A stretch of 63,622 bases of DNA, counting the filler, from Dirinaria sp. TL-2023a (Eukaryota): assembly GCA_051941275.1 (NCBI GenBank). It is 26 parts of 26 records of this genome, joined end to end, with 100 filler letters (N's around TTAATTAATTAA, not from the genome) between each part and the next. Parts side by side here need not be neighbours in the genome. Positions count along the whole stretch, not along the records: positions 24,774 to 27,131 come from JAVEBF010002306.1; positions 27,232 to 29,586 come from JAVEBF010002307.1; positions 29,687 to 32,038 come from JAVEBF010002308.1; positions 32,139 to 34,485 come from JAVEBF010002309.1; positions 34,586 to 36,927 come from JAVEBF010002310.1; positions 37,028 to 39,368 come from JAVEBF010002311.1; 20 more parts are not named here. One strand, given 5' to 3'. The notes under the pieces were generated by a model. The model saw nothing but the letters and a program-made list of their open reading frames with translations. It made no database searches and had not been told where the DNA came from. The position numbers and the translations under genes are program-made. Position 1 is the first letter of the stretch. Every line of letters begins with the position of its first letter. Positions 24,809 through 37,999 of the stretch are shown here, in pieces.

Positions 24809-25706
24809 TTTTAAAAACAAAAAAAGGAAAGAGAACCCGAAGAATGAAAAATGAAAAGGGGCTTGCAAGGTTGAGGTCTGTGCATCATCCTCTTGTTTAC
24901 AAAAACAAGCTGGAGATTTGTAAGGGCCGAAGCCGTCCGTGAATCCAAACGACGAAAGATCTTCAATCTCCCAAGGTGCGTCATGGCCATAGTAGTGGGA
25001 AATGCTAAAATTCTCGTTTACGAGATGGAAAAGTCTGCGACTGTAATTTCGCACGGACTTTGGAAGCCGAGGCGAGGGCGATGCCGAGCGGCGATGACCA
25101 AGTGTGGGGGAAAGAGGGAAAGGGGGGGGAAGTGCCTACCTGAAGAAGACGTCGGTGGAAAGTCAACCATGGTTTCGGGATCCTTCCGTACTGGTGGAGC
25201 TGAAGGTTTTTAGCTGTGGCTCTGCAGGAAAGTGGCGGGGATGATGACGGTGAGTACCTACTTTAGTCGCTGGCGTGGCGGAAATTAGACTCATTAGTTC
25301 GGCATGAAAGGGCATAAGTCAGGAACAGCAAAGCAAAGGTGCGGACTAAAAACAAGGAAGTGCGCCATGTTGAGTGATGTCGGTATCCGAGAAGGAAGAA
25401 AATGAGCTGCAGATTGCAGTAGTATGAGCCCCTTAAGGTAAAGGTAAAAGACTGGACAAATCGGCGATTACGATCCGATCCGAAAGCAACCGCGCATAAA
25501 CCCGAAGATGCTCCGAATTACTCCGTAAGGCACCTCCATCCCTACCCTAAGGTACAGTACATACAGTACAGCACATTACATTACCCAATCGTGCTTCTGA
25601 TGCTCGCTAACGCGTCCCAAGCGATCACTGCCCAGCCACGCAAGTCTACCCAACTCCCCATTCCCGTCCGGATCTTAAGACTCATTGAAGGTGACGTGAT
25701 GTTTAC

Positions 25707-26096
25707 CTAAGCATAGAATACCCTCGCTGTGATCGAGCGAGGAGTAGCTGTGGGAGCTATGTTCGTCGAGAGGGAAAGTTTGGGGAGACCGAAGCCGTTG
25801 ACACCGCTGCCGCTTGGGTGCGGGTGATTGTGATGTCCAGTTCCGGTGGGCCCAGTCCAGGTGCCGTTCCGATGACAGTGGGCCCCTGACGCCTGCGCGG
25901 TGCCGTCTGTCTGCGGGCCGTGAGGGCCGTGGCAAGGGTGATGATGGCCAGCCGAGGCGGTGGGGAAGTGTGAACGGTGATGTGTGGCCGTGCCCAAGGA
26001 AACCGGATTTGGCTCAATGGGGCGAACGGCGGCATTGGCGAATGCAGAGAGAGCAAGGAGGAGGACAGCGGTAGCCAGGGACTTGACAGATGCCAT
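25707..26096 (-). CDS. Small secreted His/Gly-rich protein (129 aa)
   Basis: Signal peptide MASVKSLATAVLLLALSAFANA; 14 His in the central region. Confidence 0.7.
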   Translation of the reverse strand: MASVKSLATAVLLLALSAFANAAVRPIEPNPVSLGTATHHRSHFPTASAGHHHPCHGPHGPQTDGTAQASGAHCHRNGTWTGPTGTGHHNHPHPSGSGVNGFGLPKLSLSTNIAPTATPRSITARVFYA

Positions 26097-27231
26097 GACG
26101 AAAGAGCTGGATTGCTGGAAAGAGTGACTTTGGTAAGTAGTTTGTCAAACACTTGTCGAGCGAGTGAATGTGATTCTGAATGATGGTGCTGATCGAGTGT
26201 AGAGTCAAGCTGTGGTCTTATATGGAGCATGTTAGTGCGGTCGGCAAATGAAACCATGGTTTGGCTGTGAAGGTGTCGATGAACACAGCCCTCTGTTTAG
26301 CCAGGTACCATGCGAGTCCGGACATCCAGGGAACCGACCGTGTTGGCCAGCGACTCGCATTATTGTGTCCTTCGATACCTGTGTGAGATTGACAGCTTCT
26401 TTGAGGCTGTGATAGCATGATAGGGCGAAATGAGGAACAGACAAAGCAGACCAGAATATATTCAGGTACTGCGGAGAAACCAAAACCAAGCACAAGGCCC
26501 GAAAAGAAACAAAGACGGCAGGAGACGAGGCCAGATTCATATCATCATGCATATATATATATCACCATACTTGAGAAGAAGACGCAATTACCGACATATT
26601 CAATGCAATGCAGTGTGAGCAATGGACATCTCGATAACGCGAGATTTAAGAAATCAATCGCAGTAACTGCAGCATGGTTTAGTACCAGCTGAGGCGACTT
26701 CTTCCTTAATATAAAAACAGCCGGCAAACACGAAGAGAAAATGATATGTCCGGAGTGGGCTTGCCAAAAAACCGCAGAGAACACATTTCAGCATGAAACT
26801 GGGAAAAGAGTTCGAGACGTCTTACGCAAGACCCATGAATGTTGAGCTGTGCAACACGCCATAACAGTCAATAGTCAGAAAGCCGATGATTGAGCGCGAT
26901 AATCTGAAGGAGAGTTCATGCAAATGCACGGGTCGAAGAGGGAAGAGCGACGAGGATAGAGGTGAATCTGACGCCTCAGATGATGATAGGAGGATAATAA
27001 TTCTTGATGGTGGGCTGCACAACAAGCGAACCGTCAACCGGCAATGCTAAGCATTCATGGTAGTGAGTCTTGTGGGGATGTTGGAGGTTGCGATACATTC
27101 GAAGTGCCAGCATAAAGTAAGGTAGGGTGAGNNNNNNNNNNNNNNNNNNNNNNNNNNNNNNNNNNNNNNNNNNNNTTAATTAATTAANNNNNNNNNNNNN
27201 NNNNNNNNNNNNNNNNNNNNNNNNNNNNNNN

Positions 27232-28901
27232 GTTTCGTCAGAGCTAGTAGATTCCTCGCTCTCTGTGGTTGTTCTTTCGGTGTGCTTTTTCTTGGGTGCA
27301 AATGGCTGTGACAACTCCACACCCTTGTCAAGGATTTCGATCAAATAGAGTGGCTTATCACCGCTGTCTTTAACTGGCACCGCAATCTCTATGAGCGTTT
27401 CTGGTAAGCTGAAAGTTTCCCCTTCACCCTCCTCTTCTTCCTCCTTCTGTTCGAGCTCTGCTTCGCTTTTCGCAGCTTCGAGCACAACCATCTTCGGAGC
27501 ATTTAGCTTCAGTGCCGCTAGTTTGCCTACATCCCTAGTCATTGTCGCACTGAGCAGGATCTTTCTCACCACTCTCTTCCGTACTGTTCGCATGAACCGG
27601 TGAATGCGTTCTTGCATTTCGTCTAGCGGTGGTAAGGCCTCTAACTCAGGGATCACGGTATCAACCCATTGTTGGAAACCACTATCCAAGAGACGGTCTG
27701 CTTCGTCAATAACGAGCCATTGAACATGCTGTAGGGTGAAGCCTGGCGTACTGTTGATGTGCTCTACCAGCCGGCCAGGGGTTGTGATCAGAATGTCGAC
27801 GTTAGATTTATACTCCATGACATAACCGGGCAGGATCGGTGATGTAGACGGATCGTCGAAGATATCGTAATCTAAGAGCAGCTCGTCACCTTCATTGGCC
27901 TTCTCGTTGTGCCGTGTGCGGGCATATGCATAGGGATCGTAACGCTCGACTTTTTGGATTAATAGCTCTTTCTCTTCCTTGAGAGACCTTGAGCCAACTG
28001 CCATCTCAATGTTAAGCGATGAACCATGAGTGCATAATAGGAAAGTCTCTCGTGCTTGAGCGACGAGTTCTCTAGTAGGCACAACCACTAAGCCCCGGAG
28101 TAAACAGCTAGGTTTGCCTTTCAAAGTCTCCACCATGGGCAAAGCATACGCCAATGTCTTCCCTGAACCAGTTGCTGCACTAATGCATATGTCGCCTAAA
28201 TACTGACTCGAGCCCGGGAGCAGAATGGGCAGTAAAGCTGCTTGTATAGGGAGGGCCAAGGAGTAGTTCTTGTTGCATAGAGCTTCGAGGGTCGACGGTG
28301 GGATTGGAAAGCCCGAAAATGATGCCCCGTCTTGTGGAGAGACTTTATCTGGGTTCTTTAGCCATTCGGGCAGAGCGGACGATACGGCAGGTCCCAAGCG
28401 TGGAGAGAGATGTTCTGGCTGAGGGATTGGGACTAAACCGTGAGTTCGAGAGTCTCTGGTCGGCTCGTCATTTCCTTGTGGCTGCGAAAGAGCAATTTCC
28501 TCTTGATCTATTTGGTTTGGATTTTCGACAGCTTTACGGTACTTGGATCGAAGTTTATCGTATTTCGTATCTGGTTCAGGATGGGAAGGGGGAGGGGAAG
28601 GGGCATGGGTAGGCGTGCGGGTTTTCGACTTTTCCCGCTTTTGATGTGTAGACTCGCCATTTTGCGTAGTCTTTGATATTCTATCTTGCTTACTTTTCGA
28701 ACCTACATTATCATTGGCGAGCTTCTCCTTGTCTGATTTGCTTCTGTTGGTATCTGGAATCATGGCTGGCAATAGGGAATGAGTGCTACTGGACTTGCTC
28801 TTCTTTCGCCTTTTTGGTGATCTTTCTGCTTGAACATCTTTTGTGGCGATGGACAAAGAGTCTGGTGGAGGTACATAGCGTTTGTAGAATGGATTCGCCA
28901 T
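27232..28901 (-). CDS. DBP6: ATP-dependent DEAD-box RNA helicase Dbp6 (3'-truncated)
   Basis: GDICISAATGSGKTLAY, VVVPTRELV, VDILITTPGRLVEH, IDEADRLL, LSATMTRD; N-terminal FYKRYVPP and LVPIPQP. Confidence 0.92.
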
Positions 28902-29398
28902 GAGCAATTCATTACAAGTTCATGAATATCTAAGCTACATTTTTATTTTTGATGCTTGAGAATAATTTACCGACATTTTACCGAACAGAGACGCGCCTCA
29001 GTGGGTAAATCACCATCAGGTAACCGGTAGGGCGTGCCTAGTTGAGCTAGCCTGCTCTTCGCCACGCTCTCCTTCGTCCACTTCCTCGTATTCTGCATCA
29101 ATAAAGTCGAAAGTGAATGTAAGTATTTATGTATCGAGCAAAAGAAGATCATGATTGCATCATTCAGGTATGCCACGTTATGTTTTACTTATTCTCTGAA
29201 GCTGAAAGAACCCGAATATCACGATGGACTCTATGCCCTACAGAACAATGCAGCCATGGCATCAAGCCCGTTAGACATAACGCAACATCAAGTAACCTAG
29301 CATGCATTGCGCAGATACAGTAACGAATCGATTCCCTCGGCCTCCAACGTGCTCTGAGACGTTCTGGGCCTGGGCAGTAAGGCAAGTCATGTCATCAA

Positions 29399-29586
29399 TG
29401 TTAGAACCGGTGCAGAGCTCTGGTCAATGCAGGTATGATTAACTAAGGATATTATCACTAAGGAAGGAAGAAGAAGGAAAACTAGATACAATAGGGGGTC
29501 CCAGGTATATATGCGTGTGTGCGGGTGTCGGGTAAACACCGCGATCGGGTTAGCGCATTACCCCTGAGAACCCTGGGAGGTGTTGC
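29399..29586. mobile_element. Possible LTR end, truncated by the contig end
   Basis: Begins TGTTAG; a purine-rich stretch and TATATA follow; composition changes at a contig break. No second copy is available to confirm. Confidence 0.3.
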
Positions 29587-29686
29587 NNNNNNNNNNNNNN
29601 NNNNNNNNNNNNNNNNNNNNNNNNNNNNNNTTAATTAATTAANNNNNNNNNNNNNNNNNNNNNNNNNNNNNNNNNNNNNNNNNNNN

Positions 29687-30036
29687 CTACCATCTTGTGG
29701 TAAATCCTGAGGAGGATATGGAGTGGTACGAGGGTTTTCTGTTCTGGTAGTCATGTCTTTTGGACTGTTGGCTTGTGGTGAGGGGGAGGGAGGTGTTTTG
29801 TTTTTAAATGGAGTGTTGTCGAAAGAAGGATAAGTTTCTGGAGTGGGAAGGGAAAAGCTTCTGGAGATTTCTGTAGAAGCGACTGGTCGACGCTTGAACT
29901 CTGGTGATTCCTGAGCTGTTGTGAAAGAGAAGTCTATGGAAAGATCTTCTTGTGGTGTTCCACTAGCTTGAGCAACTGTGGTGTCTTGTGTAGATGGTCT
30001 GGGTCTAAGGTTGTGTCGAGGTGTGGGAGTGGTCAT
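29687..30036 (-). mobile_element. Putative retrotransposon gag N-terminus (truncated)
   Basis: Intronless ORF MTTPTPRHNLRPRPS..., Pro/Thr/Ser-rich with A-ending codons unlike host genes. No diagnostic domain reached before the contig ends. Confidence 0.4.
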
Positions 30037-31173
30037 CCACTAGTGAAGTGGGTAATAGAGAGTGTTGGAATGGGAGAGTGTGTGGGAGTGTTTCTACTAG
30101 CCAGCGATCGTCGAGGGAGCTTCGCCTACAGCAGTTTACAGAAGATTGTATCTACTGAAAGGACTAAAGGAATGGACAGTTTAGAAGCTGACCAGTATCC
30201 GCCTACAAGTGCTCTTATAGAGACAACCCCTTCAGTGACCTGCTGCCTTCTTAAGGAAGGGGCTTCAGTCCTGGCGCTACCAAAGCTATCTAAGTGTCCG
30301 TGCCAAGTGGCTCTGTTGCTCGACCTCTAACGCTGTTTCTTGAGCTAGAGTTTGCGAAACCTGTAGAAGAGTTTTGTTGAACTGTTAGGGCACTCAAATC
30401 CTCAACCACTAAGGCGTCGGACCAGGTGGGCTAACTCAAGCTCAAACAAAGAGAGTAACTGAAAACAACCAGCTGCGTCTGCAAAGCAAGCACACTGGGA
30501 CTAGAACTTCCTGTAACCTTAGTAGTCTGCAGCGCAGTACAAGGATCTGAGGAGAATCCTAAGTTAGATTATGCCATACTAATAGAAATACAGCAACTTG
30601 CCTGAGGAGAATCCTAAGTCAACAAAACTAAGGAGACTCCCCTGGCTACACAGGGTTTATATACTCTACAGGATGTGCGCTGACTAACTCTATGAGTCAG
30701 GCTGAGTAAGCTACAAAGTGGTCTGATGTCTAATCAACCGATGAGAAAGCGACACAACTTGGCCTTAGTCAGTGCCATAGGAATGCATGGGAAAAACTAC
30801 ACTAAAGGAGAAACTATGGATCAACTGTGGAAGATCCTTCAATACAAACACTGTTCCGGCCCCACTGATGGGCTCAGTGTTACTCCGACAATGCTCCACC
30901 AACCCTGAACTGTAGGGCTGTGTGAGGCTGTCCTAACTACGGTAACAATCAGATTACGCCGGTGATGCTCCGGTCTGATGTTCTAAAGCGGCATCGTTTC
31001 CATGTAAGGACTGGTTGCCATCGGAGATATCAAGACTCCGTGATGGTAAAGGTATCATCTCTCCGAGGCTTATCCTGAGCCTGGAGTATAGGGTGCGAAG
31101 CATATATAAGAGCGTTGCCTTTGGCTCTGGTCTGGCAACAACTCAACCAACACAGTTAGCTGTTTATCTCTCA

Positions 31174-31856
31174 ATGCCTTCTTCTCAGTCTCCCTCTGCC
31201 AACGCTCGTGCTCAGCGTGCCAACGCTCGTAACAACGTACGCAGCCACACCGACATAACGGTTCGCCGTCTCCAGGACCAAGTGGGTCACCTGCACAGGA
31301 TGGTCCGGATGCTCCAGAGAGATCTGGATCATCATAGTGCTTCTATGCGCCGTGTTGTTCATAACAACACTAGTAACGTCGATCGAGTAAGTGTTCATCA
31401 ATGTTCAATGTTGAACTTGGGTTGAACATATCCTTTCTAGGTCAATGTCTTGAATGAGTCTGTCCTGGAACATGGACAAGATATCGAGACCCTCCAGGGT
31501 CTTATGGTCGACACCAGGAGTGTGATGCATGCTCTGGAAGCACGTGGTGTTCCGTCTCGTGATCAGGTATGTTTATGACTCATCAGGAATATGTCTTGAC
31601 ACTGATATTACTCTAGGTTGCTGACGTCGCTCGAGGCGTCTTCCAGACTATGATCCGTCATGATGTGGTTGTAGACGTCCATGCCAATGGAGTCGTTAAA
31701 CAAGTGACTGCCTATGCTAGTGGCAAGTCGACGGATCCTCGTGTTAGGATGAAAGGCTCTCGAGTCTTGAATGGTGAGCGCAGTGATCTGGATGTGGAGA
31801 TGCATGTTGTGAAGGAGGAGGAGGTTAAGGAGGAAGGTGAAGTCAAGTCCGAGTAG
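31174..31856 (+). CDS. Hypothetical coiled-coil protein, three exons (31174-31386, 31441-31566, 31617-31856)
   Basis: TATATAAG near 31103; canonical phase-0 introns GTAAGT..TAG and GTATGT..TAG join one open frame of about 192 aa. Confidence 0.75.
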
Positions 31857-32984
31857 TAGTACGATGAATAAATCGGATTTGCATAATGTTGTACAGAGTG
31901 ATAAGTGTGTGAAAACGCATAAAGCATAATTGTACACTTCGGAATGACTTGAGATAGCTGGTATATATGTCTCTCTTGACGATAAAAGGTGAAAATAAAA
32001 TGTGTCCCCTGACATTAGCCCCTCTCTACGGCGTAATGNNNNNNNNNNNNNNNNNNNNNNNNNNNNNNNNNNNNNNNNNNNNTTAATTAATTAANNNNNN
32101 NNNNNNNNNNNNNNNNNNNNNNNNNNNNNNNNNNNNNNTACTTAAGGTACCTTACAAATTATGCTAAGCACAAATACCTAGCTGCTAGTCACCTCATGCT
32201 TTTAGCGGACCTTTCGAGGAACAACTGTGTCGATCTTACTTTCATTTAATATATAATCAACGATAAGCCTTTGAAAGTAAGCTAGGAAGACGGACACTAA
32301 TGCTCAAGTGAAAGACAGTTAAAATGAGATGGTATCTGAAGGGTGGTGTACGAACAAAGTCGGAAGAGTGTACGCCTAGGTTACCACCGAATATCGACCC
32401 TCTCAAATGTTCTTCGCTTTACTGTGTAATCAATAATCCATCTGCCCGATGTATCGATCCAGTCTAAAGTATCATGATTGGAACATGACATAGCCTTTTC
32501 ACCAAGCGTGTATGAGGACTTTCACCTGTGTCAGGCTTCGTGTACGCAATACTCGCAACACGTGTAGCGGACGAGCAACGGTGTATTTCACGGGCAGATG
32601 TCAAATGAAATGTTTTGTCATTGAAGGAGGCTTCCGAACCTGCCATGAGCTACCTACTAGGTACCTATGACATACACTGAAAGCACGTTGGGTTTGGGCG
32701 AGCTGATGCAGAAAGCACAGGATGAGTAAGAACAATAATACAATTGCATGCTACAGTCTACCTGCTGGTACTGCACAGCCACAACCTTACAGGCCATTGC
32801 CGTCTATCAGACTTCGAGCCCATAGATCTAGTACCCACTATCCACACGAAATACATTGTTGTACATGAATGGAGTACGCCGTCCCCTGCCAACGTTTTCC
32901 TGGAGATTGTGTTAGATGGTGAAACCGGCAGGTGAGACTAATGCCGCCACTTACTGGCAATCTCATATTGTTGATGCCTCACAA

Positions 32985-33545
32985 TCAATGATCGGGAGGC
33001 TTTGGAAGCTGGTCCAAGAGTTGGAGCTCCTTGTGTCGCGGTTTCCCTTTTCGGCCAGGGCCTTGCTTGTACCAGTCGTCAGCTTCGCTGGCTTTGGCTA
33101 GCTCCTTCGCTTTTGCTTCTGCTTGTTTGTCTCTACTTTCTGCCATCAATTCCTCCCTCTCGCATTCAATACACCAACCACCAGGGGGATGAAAAGTATT
33201 GTGTTTGCTGCAGCCCAGGAGATGACCCAAGGTAATGCAGCTAACCTTTGCTGCCTTCTGACAAACGAAGCTCGACGGCCGTTAGTGACTTGATGTCTTA
33301 AACCAAGGGTCGCTTAGTTACCAATGGTGGGTACGCTTGGTGCAAGTCACCTGCTCGTTGCGTACCTGCTTTTGGGGCTCGTGATTGGTGTTGACGAATA
33401 ATGGCTGGCGCTTGTTGCGCTTGACATTGGCGCCTTCAGCGAGCTGGCGGTCGTCGACGTTGGGTAAACAGGCTAATGTTTTTGGCCTAGGAGCCCTGTC
33501 ACGGCGAGCCCCTGGTGTGTGAAAGACAGCATTGAACTTGGGCAT
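32985..33545 (-). CDS. Small Cys/His-rich putative zinc-binding protein (169 aa; exons 33545-33322, 33270-32985)
   Basis: Spliced CTKRTHHCFVCQKAAKVSCITLGHLLGCSKH...WCIECERE, then a coiled coil. Intron GTAACT..CTAAC..GAG. Confidence 0.6.
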
Positions 33546-35589
33546 CTGACGAAGCACACAAATTAGATCTGGCAAACATTCATGCATGGTCAAACATACT
33601 TTAGGAGATGGAAAGCCAAGGGATTAGGCTTTCAGCTTTGATTATGACTATCGAATGATGGGGAATACCAGGACGAAGAGCTGCAAAACGTCTTCCACTA
33701 AGTCCATGGAATCGCATTATATACATCGTGCTGGATGGTGTGTTGTCACTTCGTGAGGTGAGTAGATCGTGTTGCGAAGATATACATATAGTAGGGTTAA
33801 AAGTTGGTGTAATAGATTATTGGTGTAAAAGAGTAGAACCAGTCTTGTAAGAGCTCAACGTGTTGTGGATTCCGTGGTGTTTCTGAGTCTTATATCAGGG
33901 CGCTAGACAAACACATCACGGTTTGCCGTACTATTTAACCTCTGCAGCCTCTGTTTTTATCCATCCTGCTAGGCCTTAGCTGCGAGTATTGTGAAAGCAC
34001 TACAAAGTCCTTCTAAGTGCTTTCAATATTCTGTCAAGGAGAAGCAACAGTGACGTCCTCTGAAGCATATTCATATTGCTTCATCTAGGTATGAAATCCC
34101 TTGTAGATCGGTCTCCAGAGGTTTACTGAACATGATTTAGGAGCTCTGGCTGCTACATTTGAGTTATAATCCTCTAGCGACGTGCCACTAGCTCGCTTCG
34201 ACTCGCCCCTCCACCGTCTGTGCTTTTATTGCGGTATAACTTACCTTCGAACTCAGTGATATTTGGCAGCTGGCGTTACTATTGGACAATAGTGCTGCAT
34301 GTCGGTACCCGCTTAGGCTGCCTATTGTCATACGACTCAAGGCCGAACTCCCAGCTTTTTTTTACTTAAGAAGGTCCGAGTGAATATGCTCTTTCGTACA
34401 GATTATACTGCGAGGAGCCTCTTCAGTGGAGCTCTATCAAAAACTCTACGTACGGTCCCCATTCTTTCCAGTATTACGAGCAAAANNNNNNNNNNNNNNN
34501 NNNNNNNNNNNNNNNNNNNNNNNNNNNNNTTAATTAATTAANNNNNNNNNNNNNNNNNNNNNNNNNNNNNNNNNNNNNNNNNNNNCCCCTCGACTTCGAA
34601 GTTTCCCGCTGGTGCGACGTTTTCTTCAATTTTACTTTCCATCAAATATATAGTGTTTTAATCTTTATCTTTATCTTGTGTCTGTATATAATGATAGCCG
34701 GGAACGACATAGATCGAAGATACGACGTTCTTAGTGCTCCCAACCAAAAAAAATCGGAAAAGACAAAAAAAGGGGTTTGTATATACCCGCGAATGCAGCA
34801 CAGAGGGAAAAAAGCGCCAGGGTTAATTGATTGACAGGTAGCGAAAGGAGAGGAGAGTAGGGTTAAAACGCACGTACTTGTGCCCATTGGTTTGGGTAAG
34901 TTATGGGAGTTTGGATGGCTTCCTACCCCGGGCCCTATATAGAGTCTATTCCGGGATTGTGGGTGTACGTGTACGTGTCGGAAATGGGAATGGTTTTTGC
35001 AGAGTATGGGGGAAGAAAGAAAACGTTTGTCTGGATCTGGTGTGTGGACTGCTGCTGTGTCTGAGGGATGGGAATTGTATGTATTGAAAGAGATTCTAGT
35101 AGAGGGAAAATTATAACTGGGAAGACACAATAGAGAGAATTGGCTTTGTTTTGTTTTGGGCTTTGAAGGGACTTTTATTGCATGGAGATGGGTGCAGGCT
35201 TCGAGCGAAAACAGAAGAAGCGAGGTTTGATGGGATTTGGGAAGAGATTTCTTGGAGTCATGTGTTCTTGGAGGGAAGTGTTCGACGGCATGTTTGATAT
35301 GAAAAAAATATTCTATCTAACGAAAAAAGAGACGAGTTGTGTTAAACGATCGAAGTATGGTGTTAAAACCGAAATGTCCGCCTGAAATGTTATAGTTTTT
35401 AGAACTTGACGAAAGCGATACAAAAGCCGAAAGAGGGGTGAGCTAGCCACCAAAAGTCAGTCGCGACCTTCACAATCTCGAGACGTCACTCACAAATTTT
35501 TTCTTTTCACTGTTCTCGATGGATTACACCGCGCCCTTGGTCTTTGACTCGCGGTCCATTCTCCCATGGAAGCTTCTGCCGAAACTGGA

Positions 35590-36927
35590 TTATGCGACCA
35601 TGCTGCAGCTTTCGAGGACCGGGAGGACCGGTCGGTCTATCAACTTATCGTTAATCTCAAATTCCAGGAACTTTAGAGGTTTTTGGACTCTCTGTATGCC
35701 GGAAAAGTCTTCTAATGTTTCAAGGTGATCAACGTCTTCTGTAAGTGGTGTCAGTCAATGTTTCCGGAGAAAAAAGAGGTTAGAATTTACGTACCGATGC
35801 GACGAGCAGCTCGTTCTGCATTGGCGAGGACACAGCAACCAGGTGTGGCCAGCTGTTGGAATCGGGACGACTTAGATCGAAAACGCCGGAGTCGTATCTG
35901 AATTTTGGTAACTTTGCCCTCCTTAACAGGGCGCCAGCTAGGCTTGCGAATGCTTAAGCTTATTGGAACATGAAATCGGATTCGAGCTTGTGAAGTATAT
36001 CTTGGACTGCGAAGAGATGACGGAGAATCGTCTGACGTAGTAGAGAAAATTTCGTTCCCTTCGTTGAAAGTGTCACTTCGGCCGGCGATTGTACTTGAGG
36101 CCGGAAATGAATTTGGAGTTTTAATGGGAGCAGGGTCCAATTTCCAATTGGGTGCAGTGACAGCTGATACAGTTCCCCGTGGTTTGAGAAATTTGAATGG
36201 CCGTATTGGGGGGGTGGTTGGTCTCGCGCATAATGCATAGGCTTCAGTTGTTGTTGGTCCTGGGTCCAAGGGTCGAGGCGGAAGAGAAACTTCTGCTCCG
36301 CAATCCTGTTCAATATCCTTAAAGATGATGTCAATGGGCGTGAAGAGTACTTGGCCAGAGGTGTAGGAGTGGACTTGGCCCATAAGCATGTTGCCGTCCC
36401 GTTTTATCACCCAAGCTCCCGAATCTCCTTCGACGTGGGTGTATGGTAACTTCTGGCCATCCGAACTTATGATCGCCCAGTCAAGTGTCTGAACACCGTC
36501 CCTGCTAACAAAACTGGGCAGGTTCACCCTTCCACTCCTATACTTGCTTCCTTGACCAACATAATAAACCTCAGTTCCTGACTCAACAGCACATGTCTGG
36601 TTGCACAACTCCCCTGGTTGATATCTTGGCTCGCTTTCCGATTCCTCTGTGTAATTGTCTACTCTTGCGTCGCATTCCGATCGATATTTGTGCCGATTTT
36701 CGGCGATTTCAGATGCTTGGGCATTTAAACTGCACAGAGCCCAATCCATATGGTATTTGGCCCTCTGCTGGCCATTACCCAAGCCCAAAATGTCTGCTAA
36801 GGGCCTTGAGACAGCCGCCTCCCTGGGTTCTGAACTCCTTTTGAAGACTTGGCCAATAGCAAATTCAAAAGGCGACTTGGTGACTTCGCCAAGGAGGGTT
36901 TCCGTGCGGCGGATTGACCATGAAGTC
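35590..36927 (-). CDS. Protein with a trypsin-like serine-peptidase domain (S64/Ssy5-like signature), 5'-truncated
   Basis: HMDWALC and EGDSGAWVI...LMGQV...FTPI; last intron at about 35793-35739, then a terminal exon. Confidence 0.6.
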
Positions 36928-37999
36928 NNNNNNNNNNNNNNNNNNNNNNNNNNNNNNNNNNNNNNNNNNNNTTAATTAATTAANNNNNNNNNNNNNNNNN
37001 NNNNNNNNNNNNNNNNNNNNNNNNNNNACAACCCCTACCGCGAAGCTCGAAATATAAGAAATCCCTAAAATTTTAATCGATCAAAAGCATCGAAAACAAA
37101 ATCGAAGATCCACATGATCAAATTGAAAAAAAAAAAAAAAAGCTCTACTGTTCATAATCGTAATACTCAACCAACAAATGTACTAAATACTCGCATATCC
37201 AAACAAGACTTACGAAAAAACAAAGCAAAAAACCTCCGCGATTTACCCCTCCTCGCTCCTTCCTTCCTTCCTTGCAGCTGAAAGCCGACTGACTATATAT
37301 ACTCCACTCCACGAAATACAAACCTCTTTCCATTGCACCCCCTTAAATCCCCACCTCTCAAACAGCCTTTCTTGCCATCTCCTCATCAAAGTGATCATAA
37401 CAAGCATAAACTAAATCCCCGATTCTCACTATTTTCTGCATTTCGAGATTTCTACATGTTTCACAAAAACCCAACCCCCCCCCGGGATGATAGACAAGAT
37501 AGACAAGACAGGCTGGTATTATTAAGAAAGAGGGGCACACGAACGATATATTTAAATTTGAGCTCTGGCTCTGCTAAGAAGGCACGATAAAAAAATGCCT
37601 AAGGGAGGGAGGTTCAGAGAGAAGGATGCAAATTTCCCTGGAATTGGAATGATATTTACTAAGGTATGTTTCTTAGTATGATCGGTTTTCATTGGTAATG
37701 TGGTTTTTACACTTACATTGATTGAGTTATTGATCGTGAACTTAGGTTTTCCTTCAAAAAGCGATTCTATTTATCACTCATCGTGCGACTCTACGGGCTA
37801 ATTACTTTAAATTCTTTTTTATTTAGATCGCTACTAGTTTTTATCGTGGACAATATATATTTTAAACGGTGAAATTATTAAGTAAGAAAAACGATGTTCT
37901 AAACCGCACGCAGACCGCAGATCAGGGATGTACATACACTACGAGTGTAAACAATCCAGGATTCATGATGGCTCTCTCTACGCTTCTGACACTGCTTAG

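Noticed and set aside
27800..27970. Long acidic insertion inside the Dbp6 helicase core as an intein or mobile insert
   Set aside because: No intein splice-junction residues; as I recall, such an insert is usual in filamentous-fungal Dbp6.
29530..29586. tRNA-like GGGTTAGCGCA stretch
   Set aside because: No T-arm GTTCRA or acceptor stem; no tRNA or rRNA could be supported anywhere in the window.
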